A stretch of 41,909 bases of DNA from a virus. The stretch covers positions 1 through 41,909 of IMG/VR virus record IMGVR_UViG_3300021387_000133; one strand, written 5' to 3'. A program made the translations under genes and the position numbers. How positions within the stretch are numbered: the stretch's first letter is position 1; the number at the start of each line of letters is the position of its first letter. This document shows positions 6,915-16,760 of the stretch, in pieces. The notes below the pieces were generated by a model. The model made no database searches and was not told the origin of the DNA. It saw nothing but the letters and a program-made list of their open reading frames with translations.

Positions 6915-9900
6915 TTAACCTCTCATGACGTTGTTGTTTGGTATTACAATAGGTACATCAGGCAGCGGTGTTTCTTTGGTTTCCTTTCCGCTTTCCAACT
7001 TTGCACAGAATGTTTTCTTGTCAAGCAGGGTGAACGGATCAGACCAAACCGGCACATCATAACCCATGTGCAGGTGTTCGCACAGTTCCTGAACTGCCTT
7101 GATGCAGTAATAAACCAATTTGTCAGCTTTCAACTGCAAATGCCCATCAGCGCACTGTTCAACAAGTTCAGGGGCTTTTTCCTGTATCTGCTGCGCAATA
7201 ATTCCAATAGTTTCATGTTCCCCGGATGTGACCCAATCAAATGATTTCAAGTCAATACCGTTGATGATATCAAGACCATTCACGGCAGTTTCTTCAATGT
7301 TCTTCTTCATACGTGCGTCAGAATCATTGGTATACCCCCAACCGTGAAGGTTCAAAGTAGAATAAAAGTCAATGCTTTTGTTGTTCCAAATCTTGAATTC
7401 TGAACCGGTGAACTGACAACAGGACGTTGATTTGTCACCGAGTGAAACACCACCTTCAGCCCATAATTTAATGCTGTTGCCGGTGTAGGAATAAAACCCT
7501 GCCCCGTCATTTATCCTGAAATATCCACCAAAATACACATAGTCACCAAAGTGAAAACCCTTCTGTGAAATCGTGTCATCACTGTAGTAGGCGAACATTG
7601 TTGTATATGTGCTTGCTGTTGATGAAGTCTTTCGTGCCCAAGCCATATAGCCGGTTGTGTATTCCAGATCAAAAACAAGACCTCTATATGTAGGTTTGTT
7701 TTGGAAACTGTTCGTTCCGATCTTTCCCAAATACACACCGTCACGGTAAAAATGTGAACCGTTGCTATTGTACTGTGCAACCATCTTGTGTGATGCTTCA
7801 ACGGCAGTGTCAAAAATCTTCAGCGCACCGCTTGAAAATTCAACATACTTTGATATGTTGTTCCATGCGATCTGAACAGAACTTGCAGACTGCTGAACTT
7901 TAGTTGAGAAATCAGCAGTGTTCAACTTCTTTTTTACTTCTGATGTAATTGCATCAGTTGTCACCTTGATCTGTGCTGACGTTGAATAACTTTTCAGTTT
8001 TCCGTCAACATACTGTTCAGCAGTTTCCTTTGCAGACAGCAACACAGCGTCACGGGTGTTCTGAATGGATGTTTCAACTTCTGACTTGGTATAATACTTT
8101 TTCAGTTCACCATCTGTGTATGTTTCAGCATCTGACCGTGCGTTTGCTTCAGCATCTGCAATTTCCCGTTCAACTGTTTCCCGGTACGTGACTGACAACT
8201 TTTCAGCAGAAACTGAACCGCCAACCAACCGTTCACCAACAATCTGACCGTCCATTGTGATTGCTGTTGCATATGTCCCGTTGTACCCGGTTGAAGAATA
8301 CCCCAAACCGTTCAGGTTCCAACGCCACACTTTCTGTGCCGTTTCAACGTCATCCGTGTCCATGATCAACTGTTCATTGGCAGTTGTCACCACATGACCG
8401 TGTGTTGCTGCCGTGATCAGTGCTGTTGCTTGGTCAATGGCCTGCTTCACGATCTGTGACGGTACAGGTATGTGGTCAGATATCTTCACCACATCAGATG
8501 ACTGTGAACTTGATTTACTTGTCAGTGTACTTTTCTGTGTCCCGTTCAGGATGATTTCATTTTCTGACGGTTTTGTCAGATTGATTTTCATGCCCGTCAG
8601 GGGGAAATTCCTGTCAATGCCGTGCAGGGGTGACCGTACATGAATACTGTCACCAATCTTGAACATTTCCATTTCAGCATCAGTCAGATGAAGGTCAACC
8701 GCCTTTGCTTCAATGGTCATGTTGTCAAACTGATAATCAGTCAGATACTTCTTTCCCTTGGATAACAGCATTTCAGGCGTGGTCACATCATCCCACTTGA
8801 CTACCTTCAGGATCAGACCATACTTTGCCACCGCATCAGCGTTTACAATGTAGTCAAGGCCGTTGTTCACACTTTTGATGTTCACACGTTCATCAAGTGC
8901 TGCAATCGTCCTTTCTTCCAATGACGCACCAAGGGGTATGATTGCCGTGCAGATATCCCGTAAATTGAACCCCCGGCTGATATCAAGCAGGTTTTCACCA
9001 AAGTCAATCTGTTGTGTGTTCACGTTGTCACTTGGTTCAGCCAAATAATCAATGTAGTGAACACCGTTTTCATTTCTGACCCGGATGTAACCGCCCAAAT
9101 TTTCAATCAGGTCTTCTTTGATTGCTGTCAGGGTGTTTTCATAGTTGGTATATCTGTACAGGCTGTCATTGTTATCAACAACCGTGACCATACCAACCTT
9201 GAACATTTTTCTGCTTTGATAGTTTGCAGGTACGTTGACCGTATACTTGAACAAAAGATTGCTTTTGTTTGCATATGGGTTGTGTTCTGATGTTATTGCA
9301 GTAGGATCAGACACGGTTGTTGCTGTGTAGTTTGGCAGTGTTGCAGCAGTGCCGTACATGGGTGAACCTGCGTCAGTCAGTCTTATGCTGTCAACCGAAA
9401 AACCATAAAAGCTGTTTACACTGTTATCAGTATGCCAATATACATATATTTCCGGTGACGGCAGCACGTATGTCTGACCTGCAACGGTGTTTGCCCTGAC
9501 TTTGTTCAGAACAACGTATGTCACACCGTCCTGCACATAGTACAGTGACAGGTTATCATACCTTTCACTTTCACCGGCACATTCTTCATTAAATTTGACA
9601 GCAACCTTGACTTCCTTCATCTGTTCGTTATGAATGGAAATCAAGGTTTCAAGATAACCCCTGACAGTCATGTCATGGTATTCTGCCGGTCTTTGAATAC
9701 TGTCATTCAAGTATGCAAGCTGTCCTTCACAATAGCACGTTCGCCGGTTGTAAAAGTCAGTGTTGTCTTCTACAATACGACCATTGAACAGTTCAACATC
9801 ATCTTGAAATACTTGAACTGTTGACAACATTCTAACCGGCACACCATATTGTGGGTGTGCCGGTGGTATCTTAAATTCAAAAGAACCTGATGCATTCAGT

Positions 9901-9986
9901 TCCGGTTTTACAACCGGGTTGATCAGCACAAGTTCTTCATCACGGGGGTCAAAGATAGGTATGTCATCACATAAAACACGATACAT
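6915..9986 (-). CDS. Tail-tip / tail-associated protein (Tal-like minor structural protein) with C-terminal S74 intramolecular-chaperone domain
   Basis: 1023 aa in the position after Dit. The C-terminus carries TNDSDARMKKNIE...LDIINGIDLKSFDW...IGIIAQQIQEKAPELV, typical of the self-cleaving peptidase S74 chaperone of phage fibres and spikes. Confidence 0.78.
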   Translation of the reverse strand: MYRVLCDDIPIFDPRDEELVLINPVVKPELNASGSFEFKIPPAHPQYGVPVRMLSTVQVFQDDVELFNGRIVEDNTDFYNRRTCYCEGQLAYLNDSIQRPAEYHDMTVRGYLETLISIHNEQMKEVKVAVKFNEECAGESERYDNLSLYYVQDGVTYVVLNKVRANTVAGQTYVLPSPEIYVYWHTDNSVNSFYGFSVDSIRLTDAGSPMYGTAATLPNYTATTVSDPTAITSEHNPYANKSNLLFKYTVNVPANYQSRKMFKVGMVTVVDNNDSLYRYTNYENTLTAIKEDLIENLGGYIRVRNENGVHYIDYLAEPSDNVNTQQIDFGENLLDISRGFNLRDICTAIIPLGASLEERTIAALDERVNIKSVNNGLDYIVNADAVAKYGLILKVVKWDDVTTPEMLLSKGKKYLTDYQFDNMTIEAKAVDLHLTDAEMEMFKIGDSIHVRSPLHGIDRNFPLTGMKINLTKPSENEIILNGTQKSTLTSKSSSQSSDVVKISDHIPVPSQIVKQAIDQATALITAATHGHVVTTANEQLIMDTDDVETAQKVWRWNLNGLGYSSTGYNGTYATAITMDGQIVGERLVGGSVSAEKLSVTYRETVEREIADAEANARSDAETYTDGELKKYYTKSEVETSIQNTRDAVLLSAKETAEQYVDGKLKSYSTSAQIKVTTDAITSEVKKKLNTADFSTKVQQSASSVQIAWNNISKYVEFSSGALKIFDTAVEASHKMVAQYNSNGSHFYRDGVYLGKIGTNSFQNKPTYRGLVFDLEYTTGYMAWARKTSSTASTYTTMFAYYSDDTISQKGFHFGDYVYFGGYFRINDGAGFYSYTGNSIKLWAEGGVSLGDKSTSCCQFTGSEFKIWNNKSIDFYSTLNLHGWGYTNDSDARMKKNIEETAVNGLDIINGIDLKSFDWVTSGEHETIGIIAQQIQEKAPELVEQCADGHLQLKADKLVYYCIKAVQELCEHLHMGYDVPVWSDPFTLLDKKTFCAKLESGKETKETPLPDVPIVIPNNNVMRG

Positions 9987-10685
9987 TTATAATGACCCCC
10001 CTTTGTAATTGATTTTTACTGTTCCATTTCCTTTGAAAGTCACATAATTGTCACCTTCCTGCAAACGGATATCATACATTTTGTTTTCACCAACCTTCAG
10101 GTTGTAGGTGTTACCGTTGTGTGTCACCGTCATTGCAGCAGAACAAATGAACGTTGGTGACACCACCTTACGCCTGTTTATGAGATTGGTGGTCAGCGTT
10201 CCCGATACAGTCACATCTGTTTTATGAATGATACCGTTTACAAAACTAAAGGTGTCCCAAATCCAAGGTTCGCTTGCAGAATTGACTTCAATCTTGTATG
10301 GTTCAACATCACATTCAACCACGATTGAACCAATCCGTCTGTTTGAAGCGAACTGATTGATTTTACACCGCCCGTAATAGTAAAAGGTTTTGTCAGCGTC
10401 AAGGATGATCTGCATTTTTTGACCATGCAGATAATTAGCCAGTGCAGAAAACGCATCTGACCAATACGTCAAAACGTTGGGTACAGTGAAGTTCAACGTC
10501 AGTTTCCTATTGTTGAACTTCACATCATCACCCAATGCTTCAGTCAGGTCAATGCTGCCGTTTCTCCCGATCACATCAACCGTTTCAGTCTTTGGTTCAG
10601 GCGGTGTCAGGTCTTTACTGGACAGGATCAGCCCAAAGTCATCATAACTGTGCTTTGTTCCAAATGTTACACCCGGTAAATTCAC
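9987..10685 (-). CDS. Distal tail protein (Dit-like, siphovirus tail component)
   Basis: 232 aa directly after the tape measure gene. Both size and synteny are typical of Dit. Confidence 0.65.
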   Translation of the reverse strand: MNLPGVTFGTKHSYDDFGLILSSKDLTPPEPKTETVDVIGRNGSIDLTEALGDDVKFNNRKLTLNFTVPNVLTYWSDAFSALANYLHGQKMQIILDADKTFYYYGRCKINQFASNRRIGSIVVECDVEPYKIEVNSASEPWIWDTFSFVNGIIHKTDVTVSGTLTTNLINRRKVVSPTFICSAAMTVTHNGNTYNLKVGENKMYDIRLQEGDNYVTFKGNGTVKINYKGGSL

Positions 10686-13288
10686 CCTCTATCCTTCCTT
10701 TCCCAAATTCTACCAAGTTCACCATCAATAGCAGGTGTCAGTTCACCCACAAGTGCACCACTGTCAAGCACAATAGAATGACCTGCAACCACCGCTGCCA
10801 AAATAGCATTCAGCAGTTTTTCAATCATTTCTGTGAGTGCGTCAACCTTTTCAGCAAGTTCAGTCTGTTCAAGTCTTACGCTTTCCCTGATATCATTCAT
10901 CAGGTTGCGCTTACCGTAAATCATTTCATCCCCTGCTTCACCACCGCCAAGTGCCTGACCGGTCTTTGGGTTCATTCCAAAGATGGTTGCATCACTCAGC
11001 ATGTACGGGTTCTGCATAGCTTTTTTATACCAAGACACACTGACGTGTGGCAGGGATATAGGGCCAAAATCAGACCAAGACACACTGAAGTGTGGCAGCT
11101 TGATTGACGGAAAACTGAAGTGTGCACCGGAAAAGAACCCCTTGATGCTGCTGATTGCATTGCTGACAAGGGTCTTTGCGCTGCTCATTGCCGTACTGAT
11201 TGAAGATTTCACAGAATTAAATTTACTCTGTGCCGTACTGACAACATTTGAAAATGCTGTGCTGACGTTGGTCTTAATGTTACTCAGTGACGTTGATATA
11301 CTTGATTTGATGCCAGACCAAGCCGTTGAAATAGATGACTTGATGCTTGACATTTTGCTTGTCACAGTGCTTTTCACGTTGTTGAACCCATTGCTGACGT
11401 TCGTTTTCACGTTATTCACTGCCGTGCTGACCGTGGTCTTCACGTTGTTCCAAGCTGTACTGATGCCGGTTTTAATCCCACTCATGACCGTTGTTATGGT
11501 GGTCTTGATGCCGTTCCACACGGTGGTTATGGTGGTCTTAATTCCATTTACTGTTGTGGTGACTGCCGTCTTGATAGCATTCCACACAGTTGTTACTGTT
11601 GTCTTGATACCATTTACCACCGTTGTGACCGTGGTTTTTATCGCATTCCAAACGGTGGTGATCACCGTCTTGATAGCGTTTACAACCGTGGTCACCGCTG
11701 TTTTTATGGCATTCCATACGGTTGTGACCGTGGTCTTTGTCCCGTTCACCGCTGTTGTTACTGCCGTCTTGATTGCATTCCATACCGTGGTAATAACGGT
11801 CTTGATTGCATTTACAACGGTGGTCACAGCGGTCTTGATGCCGTTCCACACGGTGGTTATTACAGTTTTGATGCCGTTCCATATAGTTGAAGCGGTGGTT
11901 TTTATTGCGTTCCATGCGGTTGACAGGAAGGTTTTGATTGCATTCACCACCGTGGTGATGACTGACTTGATGCCGTTCCAAACTGTACTGATCAGTGTTT
12001 TAATGCCGTTCCACGCTGCTGAAGCAACCGCCTTGATCACATTCCAAGCAGCAGACAGCACTATTTTCACATGATTGATAGCAGTCTGAACTATGACCTT
12101 GATACCTTCCCAAACCCCGGATAGTATCGTTTTGATACCTTCCCATGCCATTGACCAATCACCGGAAAAGACACCGGTCAGGAATGTGATAATTCCTTCA
12201 AATATCGGTTTCAGGCTGTTGTTCCAAAGGTTTATGATACCGTTGAACACGTTCTGAACTATTGGCAGAATGAACCCGTTGAAAACCGTCTGAAATGCAG
12301 GCCATAGAACTGTCATAATGAAGTTCTTGATTGCATCAAAACATGGTTTCAACTGTGTATCCCATACCTCTTTGATCTTGGTAAATGCTTTTGACACAAA
12401 ATCTTTGATTGCAGGGAACACGCTTTCAAATTTTTCATACAGCTTGCCTACAACCTGAACCGCTGTTGTTACCACCGTATTCAAAACCTTGAACACGGCA
12501 GACAGAACAGCCTGAATTTCAGGCATATGTGCAAGCACCCAGTTCAACAACTGCTGAACTATAGGCATGACTGATGCACCGATCTGTGTGACAACCGCAC
12601 CAAATGACCGTTCAACCTGATCAATGGTATCTGTCAGGTGCACACCTGCATCAATCGTTTCATCATCAAGCACCAAACCAAGGTCATGTGCCTGTTGACG
12701 CATTTCATCAACACTGCCTGCTGCACCGTTTAACAACGGCATAAGTTCTGAACCTGACCGCCCAAACAGTTCTGTTGCCAGTCTTGCCTTTTCGGTTTGG
12801 TTGTCCATCTTCTGCAAGGCATTCACAGTGTCAAAGAAAACTTCTTCCTGTGACCGCAATGACCCGTCAGAATTGGTGACTGCAACACCGAGTTTTTCAA
12901 ACTGTTCAACGTTGTTTTTCGTGCCAGATTTAGCACCATCCATTGCAGCGGTCAGGGTTTTCATACCCATCTGCAAGGTGCTGACAGATGTACCGGACTG
13001 TGAACAGATGAAATCAAGTTCCTGATATGCCGTTCTTGACACACCAATCTTCTGTGACATCTTGTCAACTGTGTCCGTGTTTGATGCTGCCTTTTTCGCA
13101 AATCCAACAACTGCCGTGCCTGCTGCCAGTGTAGCACCGCCGATTGCAGCACCCCACTTTCCAACGGTCTTGACACCGTTCTTCAGGCCGTCAGCAAAAC
13201 CACCTGCTTTTTCTGTTGTTTCTTCAATGGACTCATTTGCATCAGAATTGTCTATTGCGATAGTTCCAAATAGCTTGAATAAATCCAT
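10682..13288 (-). CDS. Tape measure protein
   Basis: About 868 aa, with the start trimmed to the ATG at 13288 (MDLFKLFG) behind GGGGTGAAAG. It has a long helical/repeat region and follows the G/G-T chaperones. Confidence 0.9.
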   Translation of the reverse strand: MDLFKLFGTIAIDNSDANESIEETTEKAGGFADGLKNGVKTVGKWGAAIGGATLAAGTAVVGFAKKAASNTDTVDKMSQKIGVSRTAYQELDFICSQSGTSVSTLQMGMKTLTAAMDGAKSGTKNNVEQFEKLGVAVTNSDGSLRSQEEVFFDTVNALQKMDNQTEKARLATELFGRSGSELMPLLNGAAGSVDEMRQQAHDLGLVLDDETIDAGVHLTDTIDQVERSFGAVVTQIGASVMPIVQQLLNWVLAHMPEIQAVLSAVFKVLNTVVTTAVQVVGKLYEKFESVFPAIKDFVSKAFTKIKEVWDTQLKPCFDAIKNFIMTVLWPAFQTVFNGFILPIVQNVFNGIINLWNNSLKPIFEGIITFLTGVFSGDWSMAWEGIKTILSGVWEGIKVIVQTAINHVKIVLSAAWNVIKAVASAAWNGIKTLISTVWNGIKSVITTVVNAIKTFLSTAWNAIKTTASTIWNGIKTVITTVWNGIKTAVTTVVNAIKTVITTVWNAIKTAVTTAVNGTKTTVTTVWNAIKTAVTTVVNAIKTVITTVWNAIKTTVTTVVNGIKTTVTTVWNAIKTAVTTTVNGIKTTITTVWNGIKTTITTVMSGIKTGISTAWNNVKTTVSTAVNNVKTNVSNGFNNVKSTVTSKMSSIKSSISTAWSGIKSSISTSLSNIKTNVSTAFSNVVSTAQSKFNSVKSSISTAMSSAKTLVSNAISSIKGFFSGAHFSFPSIKLPHFSVSWSDFGPISLPHVSVSWYKKAMQNPYMLSDATIFGMNPKTGQALGGGEAGDEMIYGKRNLMNDIRESVRLEQTELAEKVDALTEMIEKLLNAILAAVVAGHSIVLDSGALVGELTPAIDGELGRIWERKDRG
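11140..12080 (-). repeat. About 28 in-frame 33-bp tandem repeats (11-aa unit WNxIKTxxTTV) inside the tape measure gene
   Basis: The translation shows ...TVWNGIKTAVTTVVNAIKTVITTVWNAIKTAVTT... repeated many times. The most regular copies lie at about 11480-11990. Boundaries are approximate. Confidence 0.85.
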
Positions 13289-13292
13289 TCTT

Positions 13293-13625
13293 TCACCCCA
13301 CATCAGGTGTGAAATCAGTAAGCATATTCATAGAATTTGTAATGGTTGTTCCAATTTCCCGTTCAGTCACCTTTGTTGGACGGGCAGACTGTTCCAAAGA
13401 TGCCACCCAATCATCAAATGACTTGTCATACACCCGGTTCAGGTAGTATTCCCATAACTGATCATGGTCAACTTCATGCATCATCTTCATGACAAAATCA
13501 TAAAGTTGACCGGTCATAATCATCTGATCCAACAAAACAAGCGGACTTGCGTATCTTTTGAATAGCAAGTCCGCAAATTTCAGTTGACCTATTTGAGCAA
13601 TCTTGAAACAACCTTCATAAAACCC
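13293..13625 (-). CDS. T-extension of the tail assembly chaperone, reached by -1 frameshift from the G ORF (G-T fusion)
   Basis: The -1 frame is open from the slippery site at 13619-13625 through the track ORF 13293-13568. That track ORF only has a TTG as its nominal start. The position between gpG and the tape measure gene is canonical. Confidence 0.6.
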   Translation of the reverse strand, partial: GFYEGCFKIAQIGQLKFADLLFKRYASPLVLLDQMIMTGQLYDFVMKMMHEVDHDQLWEYYLNRVYDKSFDDWVASLEQSARPTKVTEREIGTTITNSMNMLTDFTPDVG

Positions 13626-14020
13626 TTGAATTCATCCTTTTTGATAACGTCAACGATCATTTCAAAGAACGTGTTCATGGGTAATGCCCTGATTTCATCG
13701 GTCTTCAGCCCTGACAGGCTTGCCAGAAACATATAAATGTCCTGTTCCACCCGGTCAAGGCTTGAAAAAATAATGTTTGCAATGTCCAGTGCCACGGTCA
13801 GACCTACAATGCTGACTTTATCATCAACCTTCTGTTCATTGTCATCACTGAACAGTTCACCAATCAGGCCGGTCACGTCTTCCCCTTTGAAAACTTCCAT
13901 GAACTGATTGACACCGATTTTTGACAAAATCTTTGCCATAGGAAACACATCCTGTGCGGTCAGATCACGCAACACAATTTCATCTTTCTTTGTGGCAGTC
14001 ATTTCAATGACTTCACTCAT
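13589..14020 (-). CDS. Tail assembly chaperone (gpG-like)
   Basis: 143-aa acidic protein located between the major tail protein and the tape measure gene. Confidence 0.7.
   Translation of the reverse strand: MSEVIEMTATKKDEIVLRDLTAQDVFPMAKILSKIGVNQFMEVFKGEDVTGLIGELFSDDNEQKVDDKVSIVGLTVALDIANIIFSSLDRVEQDIYMFLASLSGLKTDEIRALPMNTFFEMIVDVIKKDEFKGFMKVVSRLLK
13619..13625 (-). promoter_or_regulatory. Candidate programmed -1 ribosomal frameshift heptamer G_GGT_TTT
   Basis: The minus strand reads aaG GGT TTT atg in the gpG zero frame, which fits the X_XXY_YYZ pattern. It lies 10 codons before the gpG stop. After the slip the -1 frame is open into the downstream ORF. Confidence 0.55.
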
Positions 14021-14054
14021 AGGTCACAACCTCACTTTCATTTTTGGATTTCCG

Positions 14055-14666
14055 TCAACCAGATACTGCCGTGCTGCTGATTGTCGGATAATAAATGTGA
14101 TACGGCAGAATGGTGTGGTCACCGTCAAGTGCCTGATAGCATTCAAAGGTGTATTCACCAACCGTACCTTCTTTGTTCGCACCGGACAGGTCAAGACCGG
14201 ACGTGCAAAGTGCATTGTCCATGATGACAATGACGGGTTTCCCTTCAAGGGTCTTGCCAACAAAGGCAATGTTGTCCCAATAGTCACCTTCTGTAATGCT
14301 GCTTTTACTTTCGATCAGCGTAAATCCTTCAACTTCAGAATTACCGTCCTGACCAATCAGGGCAGCTTTCAGAATGTCCGGGGTGGTTTCCACAAAATTG
14401 ACCTTCATTTCTGCGGTTTCACCCTGCTTCACATCAAGCTGCTTGATCTTGACAAGTGCACCGTCAACTTCAACCGTCACAATTTCAGGCTGAATGGTGA
14501 AGGAAGAACCGCCAGACGTTGCACCTGCAAGGCTTTCTCTGAAGTTCCACGTCTTTTTTGTCTTGTCATAGGTCAGACCCTTGTGAATAGTTCCTGCACC
14601 GAACATGATCTTTTTCGGTGTATCTGTAGTGATACCGCTTGCAGGAATGGTGTTCGTATCAGCCAT
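14055..14666 (-). CDS. Major tail protein (non-contractile tail)
   Basis: 203 aa positioned before the chaperone pair. No sheath gene is present. Confidence 0.7.
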   Translation of the reverse strand: MADTNTIPASGITTDTPKKIMFGAGTIHKGLTYDKTKKTWNFRESLAGATSGGSSFTIQPEIVTVEVDGALVKIKQLDVKQGETAEMKVNFVETTPDILKAALIGQDGNSEVEGFTLIESKSSITEGDYWDNIAFVGKTLEGKPVIVIMDNALCTSGLDLSGANKEGTVGEYTFECYQALDGDHTILPYHIYYPTISSTAVSG

Positions 14667-14669
14667 ATA

Positions 14670-15050
14670 TCAATACCCCACTTTCCAAAATTTTACGGTT
14701 ACCCGTATTTCTATGCGCTTCAGATCAGCTTCACCCGTTGGAATAGGTAAAGCAGTTGCATAAAAAAGGACAACCCCTGAACCGCTGTCAAGGATTGCCC
14801 TGTATCCCCCAACCGGGGGAAACGCATTTTTCAATGTTTCCTGTACCTCTATGAGTTCCAACCAATCACCGGTTGTTGTCCCGGTTATAATCAGGGTTTT
14901 TTCTTCAAGGCCGTCTTCACGGTCATCTTCAAATTCTGTGAGACTTCCCACAAAATAAGGATATTGAACCGGGGCTGTCCAGTTCTCAAACTCATAGGGT
15001 ATGTTCAGTTCGTTCATCTTATTCTGAACAAAGTTCAACAGTTCTTTCAT
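14670..15050 (-). CDS. Tail completion / terminator-type protein (assigned by position)
   Basis: 126 aa located between the gp10-like protein and the major tail protein. Confidence 0.5.
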   Translation of the reverse strand: MKELLNFVQNKMNELNIPYEFENWTAPVQYPYFVGSLTEFEDDREDGLEEKTLIITGTTTGDWLELIEVQETLKNAFPPVGGYRAILDSGSGVVLFYATALPIPTGEADLKRIEIRVTVKFWKVGY

Positions 15051-15469
15051 CAGTTCAGCCCCTTCAACTGTTCTTCTGCCATCTGAATAATCTTTGATCT
15101 TTCACTTGCAAATGCGTTGTACATAGGCCGGTTTGGTGTCTTGCCGTGCGTGAAATGCCGGTTGCCTTTCGCATCCTCATACACCCACGGTGTTTTTCTA
15201 CCGTCACCGTTCAAGGCATACTGCCCTGTTCCGAATTCTTCCCATATCGCATTTTCATAGTTTGAACCAATGACAGCTTCTTTTGCACCCATGTCAACCT
15301 GATATTCATATGAACCACGGGTCTGACCCGTATCAACACGGCTGTTGCGCTTGATAGCAGCTTCAAGTTCACCGGCAGCTTCATTCAGAAACGCTTCACA
15401 CGCACTGTCAATAGCTGCTTTGACCTGTATGCTGTTATCTGTGAATGTGACCTTGTTTGCCATGATCAC
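15050..15469 (-). CDS. HK97 gp10-family tail-component protein
   Basis: 139 aa. The pattern FTDNSIQVKAAIDSA...AIKRNSRVDTGQTRGS resembles the HK97 gp10 family. Confidence 0.65.
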   Translation of the reverse strand: MIMANKVTFTDNSIQVKAAIDSACEAFLNEAAGELEAAIKRNSRVDTGQTRGSYEYQVDMGAKEAVIGSNYENAIWEEFGTGQYALNGDGRKTPWVYEDAKGNRHFTHGKTPNRPMYNAFASERSKIIQMAEEQLKGLN

Positions 15470-15888
15470 ACCCCCACACCAACATACCGCAAATAAATTT
15501 CAAGTTGTTCGTGCATTTCCATAGGGTCATCAATCAGCATGATTTCATAAACCACACCATTGACAACCATCCTTGCATTTTCGCTTGTCACACTGACCGC
15601 TTCACCCGGTTGGTCAGCTTTAATGATGCCCGTAAACAGATTGAACGGTGACCACAACCACCCCGGCTGCAAATCTGTCAGTTCCTGATAGTCACAAATA
15701 AAAACGTGCGTACTTTCCTGAACCTTTGCATTGTAGTTCATGATATTGCTGTCACCGGCTGACAAATCAAGCCAACCAAGGACGGCAGCAACATCTGACC
15801 ACCCATGCACCCGTTCACCTATAGCGTTCTTTGTGCCTGCATCCTTGACTTGCAAAACTGCATACACATTTCCACCAATACCCTGCAT
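15466..15888 (-). CDS. Head closure / head-tail joining protein
   Basis: 140 aa, assigned from synteny in the connector block. Confidence 0.6.
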   Translation of the reverse strand: MQGIGGNVYAVLQVKDAGTKNAIGERVHGWSDVAAVLGWLDLSAGDSNIMNYNAKVQESTHVFICDYQELTDLQPGWLWSPFNLFTGIIKADQPGEAVSVTSENARMVVNGVVYEIMLIDDPMEMHEQLEIYLRYVGVGV

Positions 15889-16415
15889 TAGAACCGTGCT
15901 TTCATGTATGGTGACAGGAAACCAAGCAATGAAACCGGGTAACCCATTACTTGATTGTTGATATCCTGATCATAATAGGTCACGGAATGCCTTGACAGCG
16001 TTTCAGCCTTGACACCAACCTTCTGCCGGTTTTTCTGTTCCCAGATCAGAAGATTTATAATACCCTGCCGAATATCAGCAGGGTATTCAACCTTTGTGAC
16101 CCGGTTGCAGTCAACACTGAACAGTGCCTTGTCAAGCCTGATTGCATCATCAAGTATTTCCGTGATGGTGTATAAACCATCATTGACCTGTGACTGTGTG
16201 ATTTCCACCCGGTCACCAACCTTCAGGAAGGGTGAACCGCCAAAAACACGGTTGTTCAGGCTTTTTCCTTCAAACCTGACCGCCCTGTTCTGAAAATTGT
16301 TGTGGGTGTATGCCCTGATCAGTGTTTCAACCGCATCAAGTTTTTCACACAGCGTGGTTTCATCAACCCCTTTGAATTCTTTCATTGAAGTCAATGTTTC
16401 AACCGGTATGATCAT
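15888..16415 (-). CDS. Head-tail connector (gp6-like adaptor)
   Basis: 175 aa. It is the first connector gene after the capsid block. Confidence 0.6.
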   Translation of the reverse strand: MIIPVETLTSMKEFKGVDETTLCEKLDAVETLIRAYTHNNFQNRAVRFEGKSLNNRVFGGSPFLKVGDRVEITQSQVNDGLYTITEILDDAIRLDKALFSVDCNRVTKVEYPADIRQGIINLLIWEQKNRQKVGVKAETLSRHSVTYYDQDINNQVMGYPVSLLGFLSPYMKARF

Positions 16416-16742
16416 TTATTCCACCGCCTTTTTCCGCTGCCGTCTTCCCTTCTTTGCCGGTTCAGTGGTATCAGGCGTTTCATCCTGTACCTGTTCCGGT
16501 TCAGTCTGTTCACCGGCAGCGTCATTTTCATCATCTGCCGGTTCAGTGGCCTTTGGTGTGATGCTGTCAAGCACCGTGCACTTTGCCCTTACTGACAGTT
16601 CTGAAAAGGTCACCGTTGGGGTTTCAGGCAGCGTCACCTTCTCACCAACGGTGAACCCGTCTTCATTCAGTCTGACAGTAAAGGTGTCACCATTGCAACC
16701 GATCAGATACGGCAGGCCGTTGATGATATAAAATCTAATCAT
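16416..16742 (-). CDS. Hypothetical head-module protein with acidic then basic C-terminal tail
   Basis: 108 aa, tightly packed after the capsid gene. Confidence 0.5.
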   Translation of the reverse strand: MIRFYIINGLPYLIGCNGDTFTVRLNEDGFTVGEKVTLPETPTVTFSELSVRAKCTVLDSITPKATEPADDENDAAGEQTEPEQVQDETPDTTEPAKKGRRQRKKAVE

Positions 16743-16760
16743 GGTAACACCTTCCTTTCA

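Noticed and set aside
10983-12074. 363-aa plus-strand ORF
   Set aside because: It is antisense to the tape measure repeat region. Its low-complexity V/T/F-rich translation is a by-product of the 33-bp repeats. It has no RBS or gene context and conflicts with a well-supported tape measure gene.
11140-12080. Possible CRISPR array (regular ~33-bp periodicity)
   Set aside because: The repeats are contiguous without unique spacers, are in frame, and encode the tape measure protein. No cas genes or leader are present.
13637-13645. ATC AAA AAG as the chaperone frameshift site
   Set aside because: A -1 slip here runs straight into a TGA (GGA TGA). The downstream G_GGT_TTT heptamer is the only site from which the -1 frame stays open.
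13908-14750. 280-aa plus-strand ORF
   Set aside because: It is antisense to the major tail protein and chaperone genes and has no supporting signals.
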